From contig JAFUEH010000005.1 in the NCBI GenBank assembly GCA_017463985.1, forward strand, positions 2,005 to 66,004: a DNA stretch of 64,000 nt, in the 5' to 3' direction. Position 1 is the first letter of the stretch. Every line of letters begins with the position of its first letter. The position numbers and the translations under genes were made by a program. The notes under the pieces are model-generated. The model had not been told where the DNA came from. It searched no databases and saw only the letters and a program-made list of their open reading frames with translations. Origin of the DNA: Eubacterium sp. (lineage in GTDB: Bacteria; Bacillota; Clostridia; Oscillospirales; Acutalibacteraceae). This document shows positions 27,822-37,350 of this stretch, in pieces.

Positions 27822-27843
27822 CCGCCGAAAACAGGAGGACACT

Positions 27844-29163
27844 ATGCAGGAACGTATTATTCAGTTCGGTGAGGGGAATTTTTTGCGTGGCTTTGCCGAA
27901 GATTTTATTGACACGCTGCACCGTCAGGAACTTTACGACGGCAGCGTGGTCATCGTTAAGCCGACGCCTCGCGGTTCACTCGACGCCTTCGCCGCGCAAA
28001 ACAACCGCTATCATTTGGTGCTGCGCGGTCTGGAACAGGGGCAGCCCATAGAGCGCGTGAAAACGATTCGCTGCATCAGCCGCTGTATCAATCCCTACAA
28101 CAGCTTTTCCGACTACATAGCGCTGGCGCAGGAGCCGGCGCTGCGCTTCATCATTTCCAACACGACGGAAGCCGGCATTGTTTACGACGCCGGCTGTCAG
28201 TTCAGCGACCGCCCTGCGCGCTCCTTTCCGGCAAAGCTGACACAGCTGCTGTATGCGCGCTACCGTGCCGGTCTGAACGGCTTTATCCTGCTGCCCTGCG
28301 AGCTAATCGAGCAAAACGGCGACGCCTTGAAGCAGTGCGTTTTGCAGCACGCTGCGGCGTGGCGGCTGGGCGAGGCGTTTGCCGACTGGGTAAACACGGC
28401 CAATCACTTCTGCAATACGCTGGTGGATCGGATCGTCACCGGCTATCCGACGGAGGAAGCCGCGGCGCTTTGCCGTCAGATCGGCTATGAGGATCGGCTG
28501 CTGGACGCAGCGGAGCCGTACCATCTGTGGGCGATCGAGGGCAACTATGAAGCCGAGCTGCCGCTGCAGCAGGCCGGCCTGAACGTCTTATGGACGGATA
28601 ACCTTCAGCCGCTGAAGGCGCGCAAGGTACGCCTGCTCAACGGGGCGCACACGGCGATCGTATTTCCGGCGCTGCTCCTCGGCATCACCACTGTCGGCGG
28701 CTGTCTGCAGGACGACGATATGCACCGCTTTTTGACGCATTATCTCTATCAGTGCGCCGTGCCGGCGCTCGGTGACACGGCGGAGAACAACGCCTTTGCC
28801 GATGCGGTAATGGAGCGCTTTGCCAACCCGTATATCCGGCATCAGCTCCGTGCGATTGCGCTGAATTCCGTCAGCAAATTTTCTGTACGCGTACTGCCGA
28901 CCGCACAGGATTATCAGGCTGCCTTCGGTCATTATCCCCGTGCGGCAGCGCTTTCTCTGGCAGCCCTGCTTTATTACTACAAAACGGAGCAACCGCAGGA
29001 CGACGCACAGCTGATTGATAAGCTCCGGCACAATTCAGTAGACGAAATCATCAACAGCGGGCTGTTTGGCACAGTGAGCGGAATGGGAAAAGCCGTGCAT
29101 ACCGCGTTTGACGCCGTCAGCCAAGGCCGCTGCAGGGAGGCGACACAATGGGCCGTTTCGTAA
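27844..29163 (+). CDS. uxaB: Tagaturonate reductase (altronate oxidoreductase, mannitol dehydrogenase family)
   Basis: MQERIIQFGEGNFLRGF N-terminus typical of UxaB. RBS CAGGAGGA. The ORF-track extension to 27592 overlaps the previous gene and is discounted. Confidence 0.85.
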   Translation: MQERIIQFGEGNFLRGFAEDFIDTLHRQELYDGSVVIVKPTPRGSLDAFAAQNNRYHLVLRGLEQGQPIERVKTIRCISRCINPYNSFSDYIALAQEPALRFIISNTTEAGIVYDAGCQFSDRPARSFPAKLTQLLYARYRAGLNGFILLPCELIEQNGDALKQCVLQHAAAWRLGEAFADWVNTANHFCNTLVDRIVTGYPTEEAAALCRQIGYEDRLLDAAEPYHLWAIEGNYEAELPLQQAGLNVLWTDNLQPLKARKVRLLNGAHTAIVFPALLLGITTVGGCLQDDDMHRFLTHYLYQCAVPALGDTAENNAFADAVMERFANPYIRHQLRAIALNSVSKFSVRVLPTAQDYQAAFGHYPRAAALSLAALLYYYKTEQPQDDAQLIDKLRHNSVDEIINSGLFGTVSGMGKAVHTAFDAVSQGRCREATQWAVS

Positions 29164-30509
29164 TTCATCCAAAGGACAATGTAGCGGTCGCGCTCGATAA
29201 CGGGCACAAATATGCCCGTCAGCTCATCCGCGACGGTGAAGCCGTGATAAAATACGGCTTTCCGATTGGCAAGGCTGTCGGGAACATCCGCCCGGGCGAG
29301 CACGTTCATGTTCACAACTTAACGACCTGCCTGACGGAACGGCAGGAATACACCTATCAGCCTTCACGGCCTGCATTACCGGAGACCGCGCCAATCATGA
29401 TCGATGCATATAGCAGGGATAACGGACAGATTGGCATCCGTAACGATATTTGGATCGTCCCGACGGTGGGCTGCGTCAACAGCCTTGCCGAGCGCCTCAG
29501 CCGCGCTACCGGCGCGCTGTGCTTCACGCATCCGTACGGCTGCTCCCAACTTGGAGAGGATCTTGCCGCCACACAGAAAACGCTTTGCGGCTTGATCCGT
29601 CATCCGAATGCTGGCGGCGTGCTGGTACTGGGGCTCGGTTGTGAGAATAATCATATTGCGGCACTGCAGCGTGTACTCGGCAAGGTGAACAGCGCGCGTA
29701 TCCGTTTTCTCAATGCACAGGACTGTGAGGACGAAATGGCGGAGGGCTTACGGCTGCTTCGAGAGCTGCAGGAAATAGCCGCTGAGGATCGACGCACACC
29801 CGTACCGATCTCCCGTTTAGTCGTCGGCCTCAAATGCGGCGGCAGCGACGGCCTGTCCGGCATCACCGCTAACCCGCTTGTCGGTCAGGTAACCGATCAG
29901 CTGGTCGCTATGGGTGCCGCCTGCGTGCTCACCGAGGTACCCGAAATGTTCGGCGCTGAACAGCTGTTGATGAACCGTTGTGAAAACGAAGCGGTATTTC
30001 ACCAAACCGTACAGCTGATCAATGACTGGAAAACTTATTTCACAGCGGCCGGCCAACCGGTCAGTGAAAATCCGTCGCCAGGGAACCGTGAAGGCGGTAT
30101 CACGACGCTGGAGGAAAAATCACTTGGCTGTGTACAAAAGGGCGGCACAGCGCCGATCACCGCAGTGCTTCGCGGCGGCGAGGCGGTATCCAAAAGCGGC
30201 CTGCAGCTATTAGACGGCCCGGGCAACGATATGGTAGCGGTAACGAACCTGACTGCCGCCGGCTGTCACCTGATTCTCTTCACCACCGGACGCGGTACGC
30301 CGCTCGGCGCGCCGGTCCCTACGCTGAAGATTGCTTCCAATTCTGCCTTGGCGGACAAAAAGCCCGCTTGGATCGACTTTGACGCGCAGCGCGAGACAGC
30401 ACCGTCACTGTTGCGCCTCCTGACGGAAACCGCCGGCGGTAAGCCGACAAAAAACGAACAGAACGGCTACCGCGCGATCGCCATCTTCAAAAACGGCGTA
30501 ACGCTGTGA
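29148..30509 (+). CDS. uxaA: Altronate dehydratase
   Basis: SAF-type N-terminus (FVIHPKDNVAVAL) plus a UxaA/GarD dehydratase core (WIVPTVGCVN, GLGCENN, LKCGGSD). RBS AGGGAGG. Confidence 0.9.
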   Translation: MGRFVIHPKDNVAVALDNGHKYARQLIRDGEAVIKYGFPIGKAVGNIRPGEHVHVHNLTTCLTERQEYTYQPSRPALPETAPIMIDAYSRDNGQIGIRNDIWIVPTVGCVNSLAERLSRATGALCFTHPYGCSQLGEDLAATQKTLCGLIRHPNAGGVLVLGLGCENNHIAALQRVLGKVNSARIRFLNAQDCEDEMAEGLRLLRELQEIAAEDRRTPVPISRLVVGLKCGGSDGLSGITANPLVGQVTDQLVAMGAACVLTEVPEMFGAEQLLMNRCENEAVFHQTVQLINDWKTYFTAAGQPVSENPSPGNREGGITTLEEKSLGCVQKGGTAPITAVLRGGEAVSKSGLQLLDGPGNDMVAVTNLTAAGCHLILFTTGRGTPLGAPVPTLKIASNSALADKKPAWIDFDAQRETAPSLLRLLTETAGGKPTKNEQNGYRAIAIFKNGVTL

Positions 30510-30524
30510 TCGCCGCCACAAGAA

Positions 30525-30572
30525 AAGAGGCTGCCTCACGGAAAACTAACGTGAGACAACCTCTTATTTATT
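30525..30572. terminator. Bidirectional terminator
   Basis: AAGAGG..CTCACG-loop-CGTGAG..CCTCTT composite stem between convergent genes. Confidence 0.6.
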
Positions 30573-31533
30573 ATAATATATTCTGCAGTACCTGATGAAT
30601 ATCCTCATCAATACAAATACTGCGGCTTTCGATTTCGGCAGGGCAAAAGGCCTCGCCGTAGTTGAGGCAGGCATACACCGCGTTGGGGTTATCCATCGTC
30701 CGCTGCCAAAACGGATATTTGATAATCACCGGCGTGTTTGCACCAACGCCAAGCTCCAAATAGAGCACGCGGTCGTTTTCGTGGCGGTGCAGGAAATCGC
30801 CATACGCTGCTGCTGCGACGTGCCATCCCTCGTCCTCCACGAAGGTATCGTCCGCACGCAGGTTCATCGTCACCGGCGAGCCGTCCTCAGGACACGTTGG
30901 CAGGAGCGCCGTCGGCAGCCGCATCAAAAGCTTTCTGTCATCCGGCACCTGAAAGACACCGTCAGCGTCCTTGACAAAGCCCTGGGCTTCCATCGCCGCC
31001 ATTACCCATTCTTCGTTGTCGTAGGTTTTTGGCAGGGTCGGCGCAACGCACTGGAATAATCCGTAATCTCCCTGCGTGTAAAACAGCCGTTGTTTGTCAA
31101 AGCCTGCACGCTGGAACTGATGATCGACATTCGTGGTGATCACAAAATACTCCTTATCCTTGACGAGCGACAGCAGGGCAGGATACACCGGCTTCGGCGG
31201 CGCTATATACCGGTTAAAATAGATATGCCGCGCCCACCACGCCCAGCGCGTCTCCGCATCCGGAAACGGATAAAATCCGCCGGAATACATATCCTGAATG
31301 CCGTATTGTGCTGCAAAATCATAAAAATACCGTTCAAACCGCTCGCCGCTGTAGGTGAGCCCTGCCGCGGTCGACAGTCCTGCACCGGCGCCGATGATCA
31401 CAGCGTCTGCCTCATTGATCGCCTGCTGCAGGCGGGCGATCCGCTCCGCCTCCGTGCCGCTGCCGACGGACAGCCTGCTCAGCCTTCTTACAGCCGAAAC
31501 ACCCTTTTGTATACTTTCCTGATATCCGTTCAT
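30571..31533 (-). CDS. SIR2-family NAD-dependent deacylase / ADP-ribosyltransferase-like protein
   Basis: Sirtuin motifs AVIIGAGAGLSTAAGL and VITTNVDHQF. 3-nt gap to the upstream PNPOx-ferredoxin gene. Confidence 0.7.
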   Translation of the reverse strand: MNGYQESIQKGVSAVRRLSRLSVGSGTEAERIARLQQAINEADAVIIGAGAGLSTAAGLTYSGERFERYFYDFAAQYGIQDMYSGGFYPFPDAETRWAWWARHIYFNRYIAPPKPVYPALLSLVKDKEYFVITTNVDHQFQRAGFDKQRLFYTQGDYGLFQCVAPTLPKTYDNEEWVMAAMEAQGFVKDADGVFQVPDDRKLLMRLPTALLPTCPEDGSPVTMNLRADDTFVEDEGWHVAAAAYGDFLHRHENDRVLYLELGVGANTPVIIKYPFWQRTMDNPNAVYACLNYGEAFCPAEIESRSICIDEDIHQVLQNIL

Positions 31534-31536
31534 CTG

Positions 31537-32157
31537 TTACCTCCTGATGACAGCCCCGTTCGGACACGCCGCCCTGCAATTACCGCAGTGCAGGCAGTGC
31601 GCCTGTTCGATCTCATAAGGCAGTCGGCTCGTCCCGATACAGTCCTGCGGACACACTGCCACACAGCTGCCGCAACCGATACACGCCTGCGTAATGACAT
31701 AGCCTTCCTTCGGTACGGCTTTGCCGCCGAAGGAAAAGGACGCGCGCTCGATCGGCTTTTTGGACAGGTCAAACCACTCGCCGCTGCCCTCATACAGCTG
31801 AAAAGCCGTCAGTGCCTGCATCGCCGGCTCCGTGGGATAGATCTCGCCCATATACGGATTTTTTGCTACCAGCTCCGGAATTCTTTCAAAGCCCAGCTCG
31901 CGCACCTTGCCGCGCACTGATACGGCCGCGCTGCGCATCGTGCTATCGCCCTGAACGCCCGTGAGTGAGAGAAAACCGCGCTTTACCAGACGGTCATAAA
32001 AGCCCTTGCCCTTCGCCGTCAGAAAATAGAGGCCGCCCTCATCGCAGTCCATCATATCGATCGCTGCCGTTACCGGCAGTCCTTCGTCATCCACTGTCGC
32101 CACGATCACCGTATGAAGCACGTTGACGATATAGTCCAAATAATCCTTCGCTTCCAT
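31537..32157 (-). CDS. Pyridoxamine 5'-phosphate oxidase-family protein fused to a 2x[4Fe-4S] ferredoxin domain
   Basis: N-terminal PNPOx-like split barrel. C-terminal CIGCGSCVAVCP ... CLHCGNCRAACP. Confidence 0.75.
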   Translation of the reverse strand: MEAKDYLDYIVNVLHTVIVATVDDEGLPVTAAIDMMDCDEGGLYFLTAKGKGFYDRLVKRGFLSLTGVQGDSTMRSAAVSVRGKVRELGFERIPELVAKNPYMGEIYPTEPAMQALTAFQLYEGSGEWFDLSKKPIERASFSFGGKAVPKEGYVITQACIGCGSCVAVCPQDCIGTSRLPYEIEQAHCLHCGNCRAACPNGAVIRR

Positions 32158-32207
32158 CCTGTTCCTCTTTTAAAACGGGCTGCCGCACCAGCAACAGCCC
32201 GTTTCCG

Positions 32208-32648
32208 TTATTGTACTGCCTGTATTTCCTTTTGGACGTCCCCTGCTACATCCGCTACGGTGATGGTCTTCATCTGGGCTTCCATGGCGCTTTGCACAGC
32301 GCGCAGCCGGTCATCCATCGCGGCATGAATATTCCTGCCGACCGGGCAGTCAATATTCGGCTTTTCGTGGAAGTGAAACAGACCGGTGCTGTCCACACAG
32401 TCCACTGCCCGATAGATGTCATAAAAGGTGATCTCCGCCAGTGGTCGAGCCAGCGTAATACCGCTTTTTCCCTGGCTGACCGTGAGCATGCCGGCCTCCT
32501 TCAGCTTCGCCATGACCGTTCTGATGATCACAGGATTGACGCCGACGCTACCGGCCAAAAAGCCGCTGGTCACGGTTTCTGAGGACTGAAAATAGTCCAC
32601 AGCCGTCAGAATATGCACCGCGATCGTAAACTGGCTTGTCATCTGCAT
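32208..32648 (-). CDS. Rrf2-family transcriptional regulator
   Basis: MQMTSQFTIAVHILTAV... wHTH of the Rrf2 family. Confidence 0.9.
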   Translation of the reverse strand: MQMTSQFTIAVHILTAVDYFQSSETVTSGFLAGSVGVNPVIIRTVMAKLKEAGMLTVSQGKSGITLARPLAEITFYDIYRAVDCVDSTGLFHFHEKPNIDCPVGRNIHAAMDDRLRAVQSAMEAQMKTITVADVAGDVQKEIQAVQ

Positions 32649-32705
32649 GGTATCGCCTCCCGACTTATAATATATCTTATGACAGGCAGGATGTCAAGCG
32701 GCTGC

Positions 32706-33341
32706 TCAGCCTTCTCTTACAACGCTGATTCTCTGTTGAATATGGGCGCCCTTTTCGATCTCGTCCACCATAGCGATCGCATAGTCCGCATAGCTGATAA
32801 TACTTTCGCCCTTGGCGTTTAAGGTCAGCTCCTCGCCGGCCAAAATATATTTACCGCTGCGCTCACCGTCAGCCTGAAAATCACCGGCCGGACTGATGAA
32901 GGTCCATTTCACGTCGTTACGCTGACGGAGTGCTGCCAGCTCCTGTGCCTGGGCATTGGCAAGCGGCTTGAATTCCTCCGGAAAATCAGGGCCGTCAGCA
33001 ACAACGGCAGTATGCTCCGGATTGACATACAGACTGCCGGCGCCGCCAACGATCAGCAGACGCGTGTCCGTACCGGACAGCAGGTCACAAAGGCGCTGCG
33101 AGGTCGTTACGTGCATCGGAAGCGCCTCCTCTACCCATGCGCCAAAGCCGTCAACGACAGCGTCAAAGCCGGTCAGATCCTCTTTGGTTAAGTCCATAAT
33201 ATCCTTTTGTACATAATCGGCAGCTGCCGTTTTGTTCTCGGCACCGCGGCCAAAAGCCGTAACGGCGATCCCTCTGTTAAGCGCTTCCGCCACGATCTTT
33301 TGTGCTGCTCTTCCGTTCGCTGCTACTACTGCAATTTTCAT
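32706..33341 (-). CDS. NAD(P)H-binding (atypical SDR / NmrA-like) protein
   Basis: MKIAVVAANGRAAQKIVAEALNRG Rossmann N-terminus. ATG at 33341 chosen. Confidence 0.8.
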   Translation of the reverse strand: MKIAVVAANGRAAQKIVAEALNRGIAVTAFGRGAENKTAAADYVQKDIMDLTKEDLTGFDAVVDGFGAWVEEALPMHVTTSQRLCDLLSGTDTRLLIVGGAGSLYVNPEHTAVVADGPDFPEEFKPLANAQAQELAALRQRNDVKWTFISPAGDFQADGERSGKYILAGEELTLNAKGESIISYADYAIAMVDEIEKGAHIQQRISVVREG

Positions 33342-33484
33342 ATTGAAAACCTCCTGAAAAAATAATAGATTTACTTGTAACATTTTCTGTTACAAGTGCA
33401 GTATAGCATAACTCGCCCTACTTGTCAAGTATTTTATTACAACTTTTTTATTTCATTGCTCACGCAGTCCTCTCGGTGGCCACC

Positions 33485-34321
33485 TCACGCTAATAGCCGT
33501 GCGCACAGCTGCGCATTTTCCTTTTTATAAATCAAATAGTAGGTCGCCTTCGCCGCCGGATCACTGAACGGCACATTGATTCTGCCGTTCCGTCTTGACG
33601 GGAGAATTTTTTGCGTTATATCCGTTGAAAATGAGGGTAAATTGGAATTTGCGGCAATTTCACCTACGGCTTCTAAATTCTCCTGCTTATAAAAATTTGA
33701 TGAAGGCATTTGTTCTTTTACGATGCTTTCCCAAAAGCCGACCTGTGAATACATAATAAAATTCTGTCCGTCCGCCTCCGCAAAGGTGACGGACTTTTGT
33801 GTGGCAATCGGGTGAAAATGATTCACAGATATGTAAAGCTGCTCCGTCATATATTCCTTACAGATATACTTTTCATCATCAAGCGGACGGTTAAGAATGA
33901 TAAAACGATAATCATTATGATTGAGCTTTTGAAGCAGCGCTTCCTCTGTTTCAATATCAGAGGACACTACCTGATCGGCAAATAATGCTGTCAGTCTTGG
34001 CAGTAACACCATCAGCGGACCGGGTGCAATGCTGCCGACATTGACGGTGTGCAAGCGGCGGTCAAAGGCTTTTATTTGCGCTTCCATATTCTTTTCTTCA
34101 TCCAAAATGCGCCTTGCGTATTCCGCTGCAAGCAAGCCGGTTTGATTCAGCACAATTTTGTTTTTTTGCCGTTCAAAAAGTGAAACACCAAGCTGCTCCT
34201 CCAATTTTTTCATTGCTCTTGAAACAGACGGCTGGGCAATATTGAGGTGCTCCGCCGCTTCGGACAGCGTTCCGTATTCCTTAAATGCACATAATTGTTC
34301 CAGTAAATATATCTCTATCAT
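33485..34321 (-). CDS. LysR-family transcriptional regulator
   Basis: LEQLCAFKEYGTLSEAAEHLNIAQPSVSRAMKKLEEQLGVSLFER HTH. Divergent from the AKR operon. Confidence 0.9.
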   Translation of the reverse strand: MIEIYLLEQLCAFKEYGTLSEAAEHLNIAQPSVSRAMKKLEEQLGVSLFERQKNKIVLNQTGLLAAEYARRILDEEKNMEAQIKAFDRRLHTVNVGSIAPGPLMVLLPRLTALFADQVVSSDIETEEALLQKLNHNDYRFIILNRPLDDEKYICKEYMTEQLYISVNHFHPIATQKSVTFAEADGQNFIMYSQVGFWESIVKEQMPSSNFYKQENLEAVGEIAANSNLPSFSTDITQKILPSRRNGRINVPFSDPAAKATYYLIYKKENAQLCARLLA

Positions 34322-34431
34322 AAGTCCTCCCACTATACGCAAAACGCATACTGCTATTCGTTATTGATATTGTACATTATTTTCACTTTGGTGTAAACTA
34401 TCCATGTAAAAAATATTTTGGAGGGTCTATT

Positions 34432-35274
34432 ATGAATTATATTACACTCAATAACGGCACAAAAATTCCGGCAGCAGGTATCGGCACCTTTATGATGGAG
34501 CCTGCGGACGCTGAGGCGGCTTCCCTTTCCGCTATACAGCAGGGGTATGAAATGATTGACACGGCTAACGCCTATATGAACGAAAAGGCGGTCGGCAGAG
34601 CGGTAAAGGCAAGCGGCAAGGCAAGAGAGGACTTATACATTTCCACCAAGCTTTGGCCCAGCGTTTACAAAACCGCTGACGAGGCGATTGACGAAACGCT
34701 TGCAAGAATCGATATGGATTACATTGACCTTCTCTTTCTGCACCAGCCTGTTGGTGATTACGTTGGCGCATACAAGGCAATGGAGCAAGCAGTCAAGGAC
34801 GGTAAGGTAAAGAGTCTCGGACTTTCCAACTTCAGCAAGGAGCAGGTAGAAGAAATTATTGAAAAATGCGAAATTCGTCCTGCTGTTTTACAGGTTGAGG
34901 CACATCCTTATTATCCTCAGAATGAATTGAAGGAAGCGTTCCCCGATATTCACCTGATGGCGTGGTATCCGCTCGGTCACGGTGACAAGGCATTGCAGCA
35001 GGAACCGATTTTTGCCACGCTTGCAGAAAAATACAACAAGAGCACGGCGCAGATTATCCTTCGTTGGCACACGCAGGTAGGTAACATCGTTATCCCCGGC
35101 TCTAAGAACTCTGCGCACATCAAGGATAACATTGACATCTTTGATATTACCTTGACTGATGAAGAATTAAACGAAATCGCTAAGCTTAACAACGGCAAGG
35201 CATACTACAAGGCAACGAAAGCCGCACTCCTTGGCTATCTTGCGTACAGACCAAATTTTGATAAGCAAGACTGA
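34432..35274 (+). CDS. Aldo/keto reductase
   Basis: GIGTF...IDTANAY.NE...G ... LHQP ... SNF ... IPGS motifs of the AKR superfamily. Confidence 0.9.
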   Translation: MNYITLNNGTKIPAAGIGTFMMEPADAEAASLSAIQQGYEMIDTANAYMNEKAVGRAVKASGKAREDLYISTKLWPSVYKTADEAIDETLARIDMDYIDLLFLHQPVGDYVGAYKAMEQAVKDGKVKSLGLSNFSKEQVEEIIEKCEIRPAVLQVEAHPYYPQNELKEAFPDIHLMAWYPLGHGDKALQQEPIFATLAEKYNKSTAQIILRWHTQVGNIVIPGSKNSAHIKDNIDIFDITLTDEELNEIAKLNNGKAYYKATKAALLGYLAYRPNFDKQD

Positions 35275-35275
35275 T

Positions 35276-35971
35276 ATGTTGAAAAAAGTTATTTCAATTT
35301 TACTTGTGTTAGCGATAGCGCTGGCGTTTGCTGCCTGCGGTAATGCGAACAACAACACCGTTGAACAAGCTGCAAGCGCTGCACCAACCTCGGCAGCGCC
35401 TGAAAACACGAGCACAACAGAGGAAACAACAACCAATGGAAAAACGCTAATTGTCTATTTTACGGTTGCGGAAAACACAGAGGCAGACGCGGTAAGTTCG
35501 GCAACGCCAATGCTTGACGGCAAAGGCGCAGTTCGTGTTCTCGCTGACGCTGTTCAGGCAAAAACGAACGGCGATATGTTCCCTCTTATTACGGAAACAA
35601 AGTATGCTTCCGATTTTGACACGACGGCTGACACGGCAAAGAACGAGGTTGACAATAATATTCATCCCAAACTGACGGAGCATATTGCCAATATAGAGGA
35701 ATATGACACCGTTTTTATCGGCTACTCTGCCTGGTGGTACGATATGCCGATGGCAGTTTACAGCTTTCTTGATGAATACGATTTATTAGGCAAAACCGTT
35801 TATGTTTTTGCTGCGCACAGAGGCAGCGGCTTTGCAGGCGGTATTGACGCCATAAAAAAAGAAGAACCGCAGGCTACGGTAATAGATAACGGCTTTAGCA
35901 TCAATTCCGATGATATTGACAGCAACACGAGCAGCGATATTGATGCGTGGCTTAGCGAATTAGGATATTAA
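35276..35971 (+). CDS. Flavodoxin-like lipoprotein
   Basis: Lipobox LAFAACG, low-complexity linker, Flavodoxin_4-type core (TLIVYFT ... YDTVFIGYSAWWYDMPMAV...GKTVYVFAAHRGSG). Confidence 0.75.
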   Translation: MLKKVISILLVLAIALAFAACGNANNNTVEQAASAAPTSAAPENTSTTEETTTNGKTLIVYFTVAENTEADAVSSATPMLDGKGAVRVLADAVQAKTNGDMFPLITETKYASDFDTTADTAKNEVDNNIHPKLTEHIANIEEYDTVFIGYSAWWYDMPMAVYSFLDEYDLLGKTVYVFAAHRGSGFAGGIDAIKKEEPQATVIDNGFSINSDDIDSNTSSDIDAWLSELGY

Positions 35972-35982
35972 GAGGTGATACA

Positions 35983-37146
35983 ATGGAAAAATTTATTTAT
36001 GAATATCCGATCAAAACGTATTTCGGTGCTAACGCCGTCCAGGAATACTTAGCCGAAGCAGTAAAGCCCTACGGCAAAAGAGTAATGCTCGCCTATGGTG
36101 GCGGCTCAGTGAAAAAGACAAGCGTGTATGATGAGATATGCGCTATTTTAAAAGCAGCAGGAAAAGAAATAACGGACTTTTCCGGCATTATGCCGAACCC
36201 GACTTACGCAAAAGTGCAGGAGGGCGCCAAGCTTGCCAAAGAAAACGATATTGATTTTATCCTTTCCGTCGGCGGCGGTTCGGTTATTGACTGCTGTAAA
36301 ATTGTTTCTGCTCAAGCAAAACTTGACGAGGATATTTGGGAGCTTGAATACAGCAAGGGCGGAAAGCCGTCTGAATTCATCCCGATGGCGGCGATCGTGA
36401 CCGTAACCGGCACCGGTGCTGAAATGAATAACGGCGCGGTCATTACGAATGAGGCATTGCAGCAAAAGTCTCCGCTTTGGGGTACGTATGCCGATTTTGT
36501 GATCCTTGACAGTGAGTACACAAAATCCGTTCCGCAGAAGCAGTATATCAGCGGTTGCTTTGATACGCTATCGCACTGTATGGAAACCTACCTCGGCACG
36601 CCGCAGGAAAAGAATAATTTGTCCGATGACATCAACGAAGCAGTCATGCGCAGCGTGATCGAAAACACCAGAAAAATTATTGCCAATCCCGATGACAGCG
36701 AGGCTAGAAGCGAGCTGGCATGGGCGTCCTCGATGGCGGAAAACGGCATTCTCAAAATCGGAAAGGTAACGGACTTTCAAGCGCATACGATAGAGCACCA
36801 GGTCGGTGCTTACACTAATTGCAATCACGGTATGGGGCTTGCAGTCATTCACCCTGTACTATACAGACACATTTATAAGGATGCGCCGTGGAAATTCGCA
36901 AGGCTTGCAACTGAGGTATTTGGCGTAAATCCGGACGGCAAGACAGAAGAAGAAACCGCACTCGAAGGCATTAACGCACTGGAAGCCTATATCAAGGAAA
37001 TCGGTCTGCCGACTAGATTTTCCGAGATGGGAATCACTGACCGCGAGGTAATAAAAAAGACGGCAGACACCTGTATTTTAACCGCAGGCTGCTGCAAAAA
37101 ATTAGCCCGCGAGGAAATATTGGATATCTTAACAGAATGCCTGTAA
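35983..37146 (+). CDS. Iron-containing alcohol dehydrogenase (butanol dehydrogenase-like)
   Basis: Fe-ADH motifs GGGSVID, TGTGAEMN, H..EH...Y...HG. Confidence 0.9.
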   Translation: MEKFIYEYPIKTYFGANAVQEYLAEAVKPYGKRVMLAYGGGSVKKTSVYDEICAILKAAGKEITDFSGIMPNPTYAKVQEGAKLAKENDIDFILSVGGGSVIDCCKIVSAQAKLDEDIWELEYSKGGKPSEFIPMAAIVTVTGTGAEMNNGAVITNEALQQKSPLWGTYADFVILDSEYTKSVPQKQYISGCFDTLSHCMETYLGTPQEKNNLSDDINEAVMRSVIENTRKIIANPDDSEARSELAWASSMAENGILKIGKVTDFQAHTIEHQVGAYTNCNHGMGLAVIHPVLYRHIYKDAPWKFARLATEVFGVNPDGKTEEETALEGINALEAYIKEIGLPTRFSEMGITDREVIKKTADTCILTAGCCKKLAREEILDILTECL

Positions 37147-37172
37147 CGTTCTTTAGAGCCGGACAGGCAAAA

Positions 37173-37206
37173 CAAAAGCAGTCAGGATTGGGAGCCTGAC
37201 TGCTTT
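37173..37206. terminator. Bidirectional terminator
   Basis: AAAGCAGTCAGG...CCTGACTGCTTT stem between convergent genes. Overlaps the last codons of the small Cys-rich ORF. Confidence 0.6.
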
Positions 37207-37349
37207 TCGTTATTGCATAAGCATTCGCTGCAGCAGCTGCAATCACCGCAGCAGCCACTGCCGTTTTTCTTTCTTTTGACCATGCTGCGAACGGCAAAAA
37301 AGACAGCTGCCGCTATCAGCACGATAATGATAATATCTGCTATATTCAT
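37182..37349 (-). CDS. FeoB-associated Cys-rich membrane peptide (55 aa, not in ORF track)
   Basis: My translation: MNIADIIIIVLIAAAVFFAVRSMVKRKKNGSGCCGDCSCCSECLCNNEKQSGSQS. The start lies 1 nt after the feoB stop. One TM plus a Cys cluster, typical of this family. Confidence 0.8.
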   Translation of the reverse strand: MNIADIIIIVLIAAAVFFAVRSMVKRKKNGSGCCGDCSCCSECLCNNEKQSGSQS

Positions 37350-37350
37350 A

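Noticed and set aside
27592-27843. N-terminal extension of uxaB overlapping the preceding gene
   Set aside because: The product is Arg/Pro-rich shadow-frame sequence. The canonical UxaB N-terminus MQERIIQFGEGNF starts at 27844 behind CAGGAGGA.
30571-31533. SIR2-domain gene as a possible anti-phage NADase effector (Thoeris/DSR/SIR2-HerA-like)
   Set aside because: Composition is backbone-like. There is no ThsB/TIR, HerA, pAgo or other partner. The protein has an ordinary short sirtuin architecture and is linked to a redox protein. It is treated as housekeeping or regulatory.
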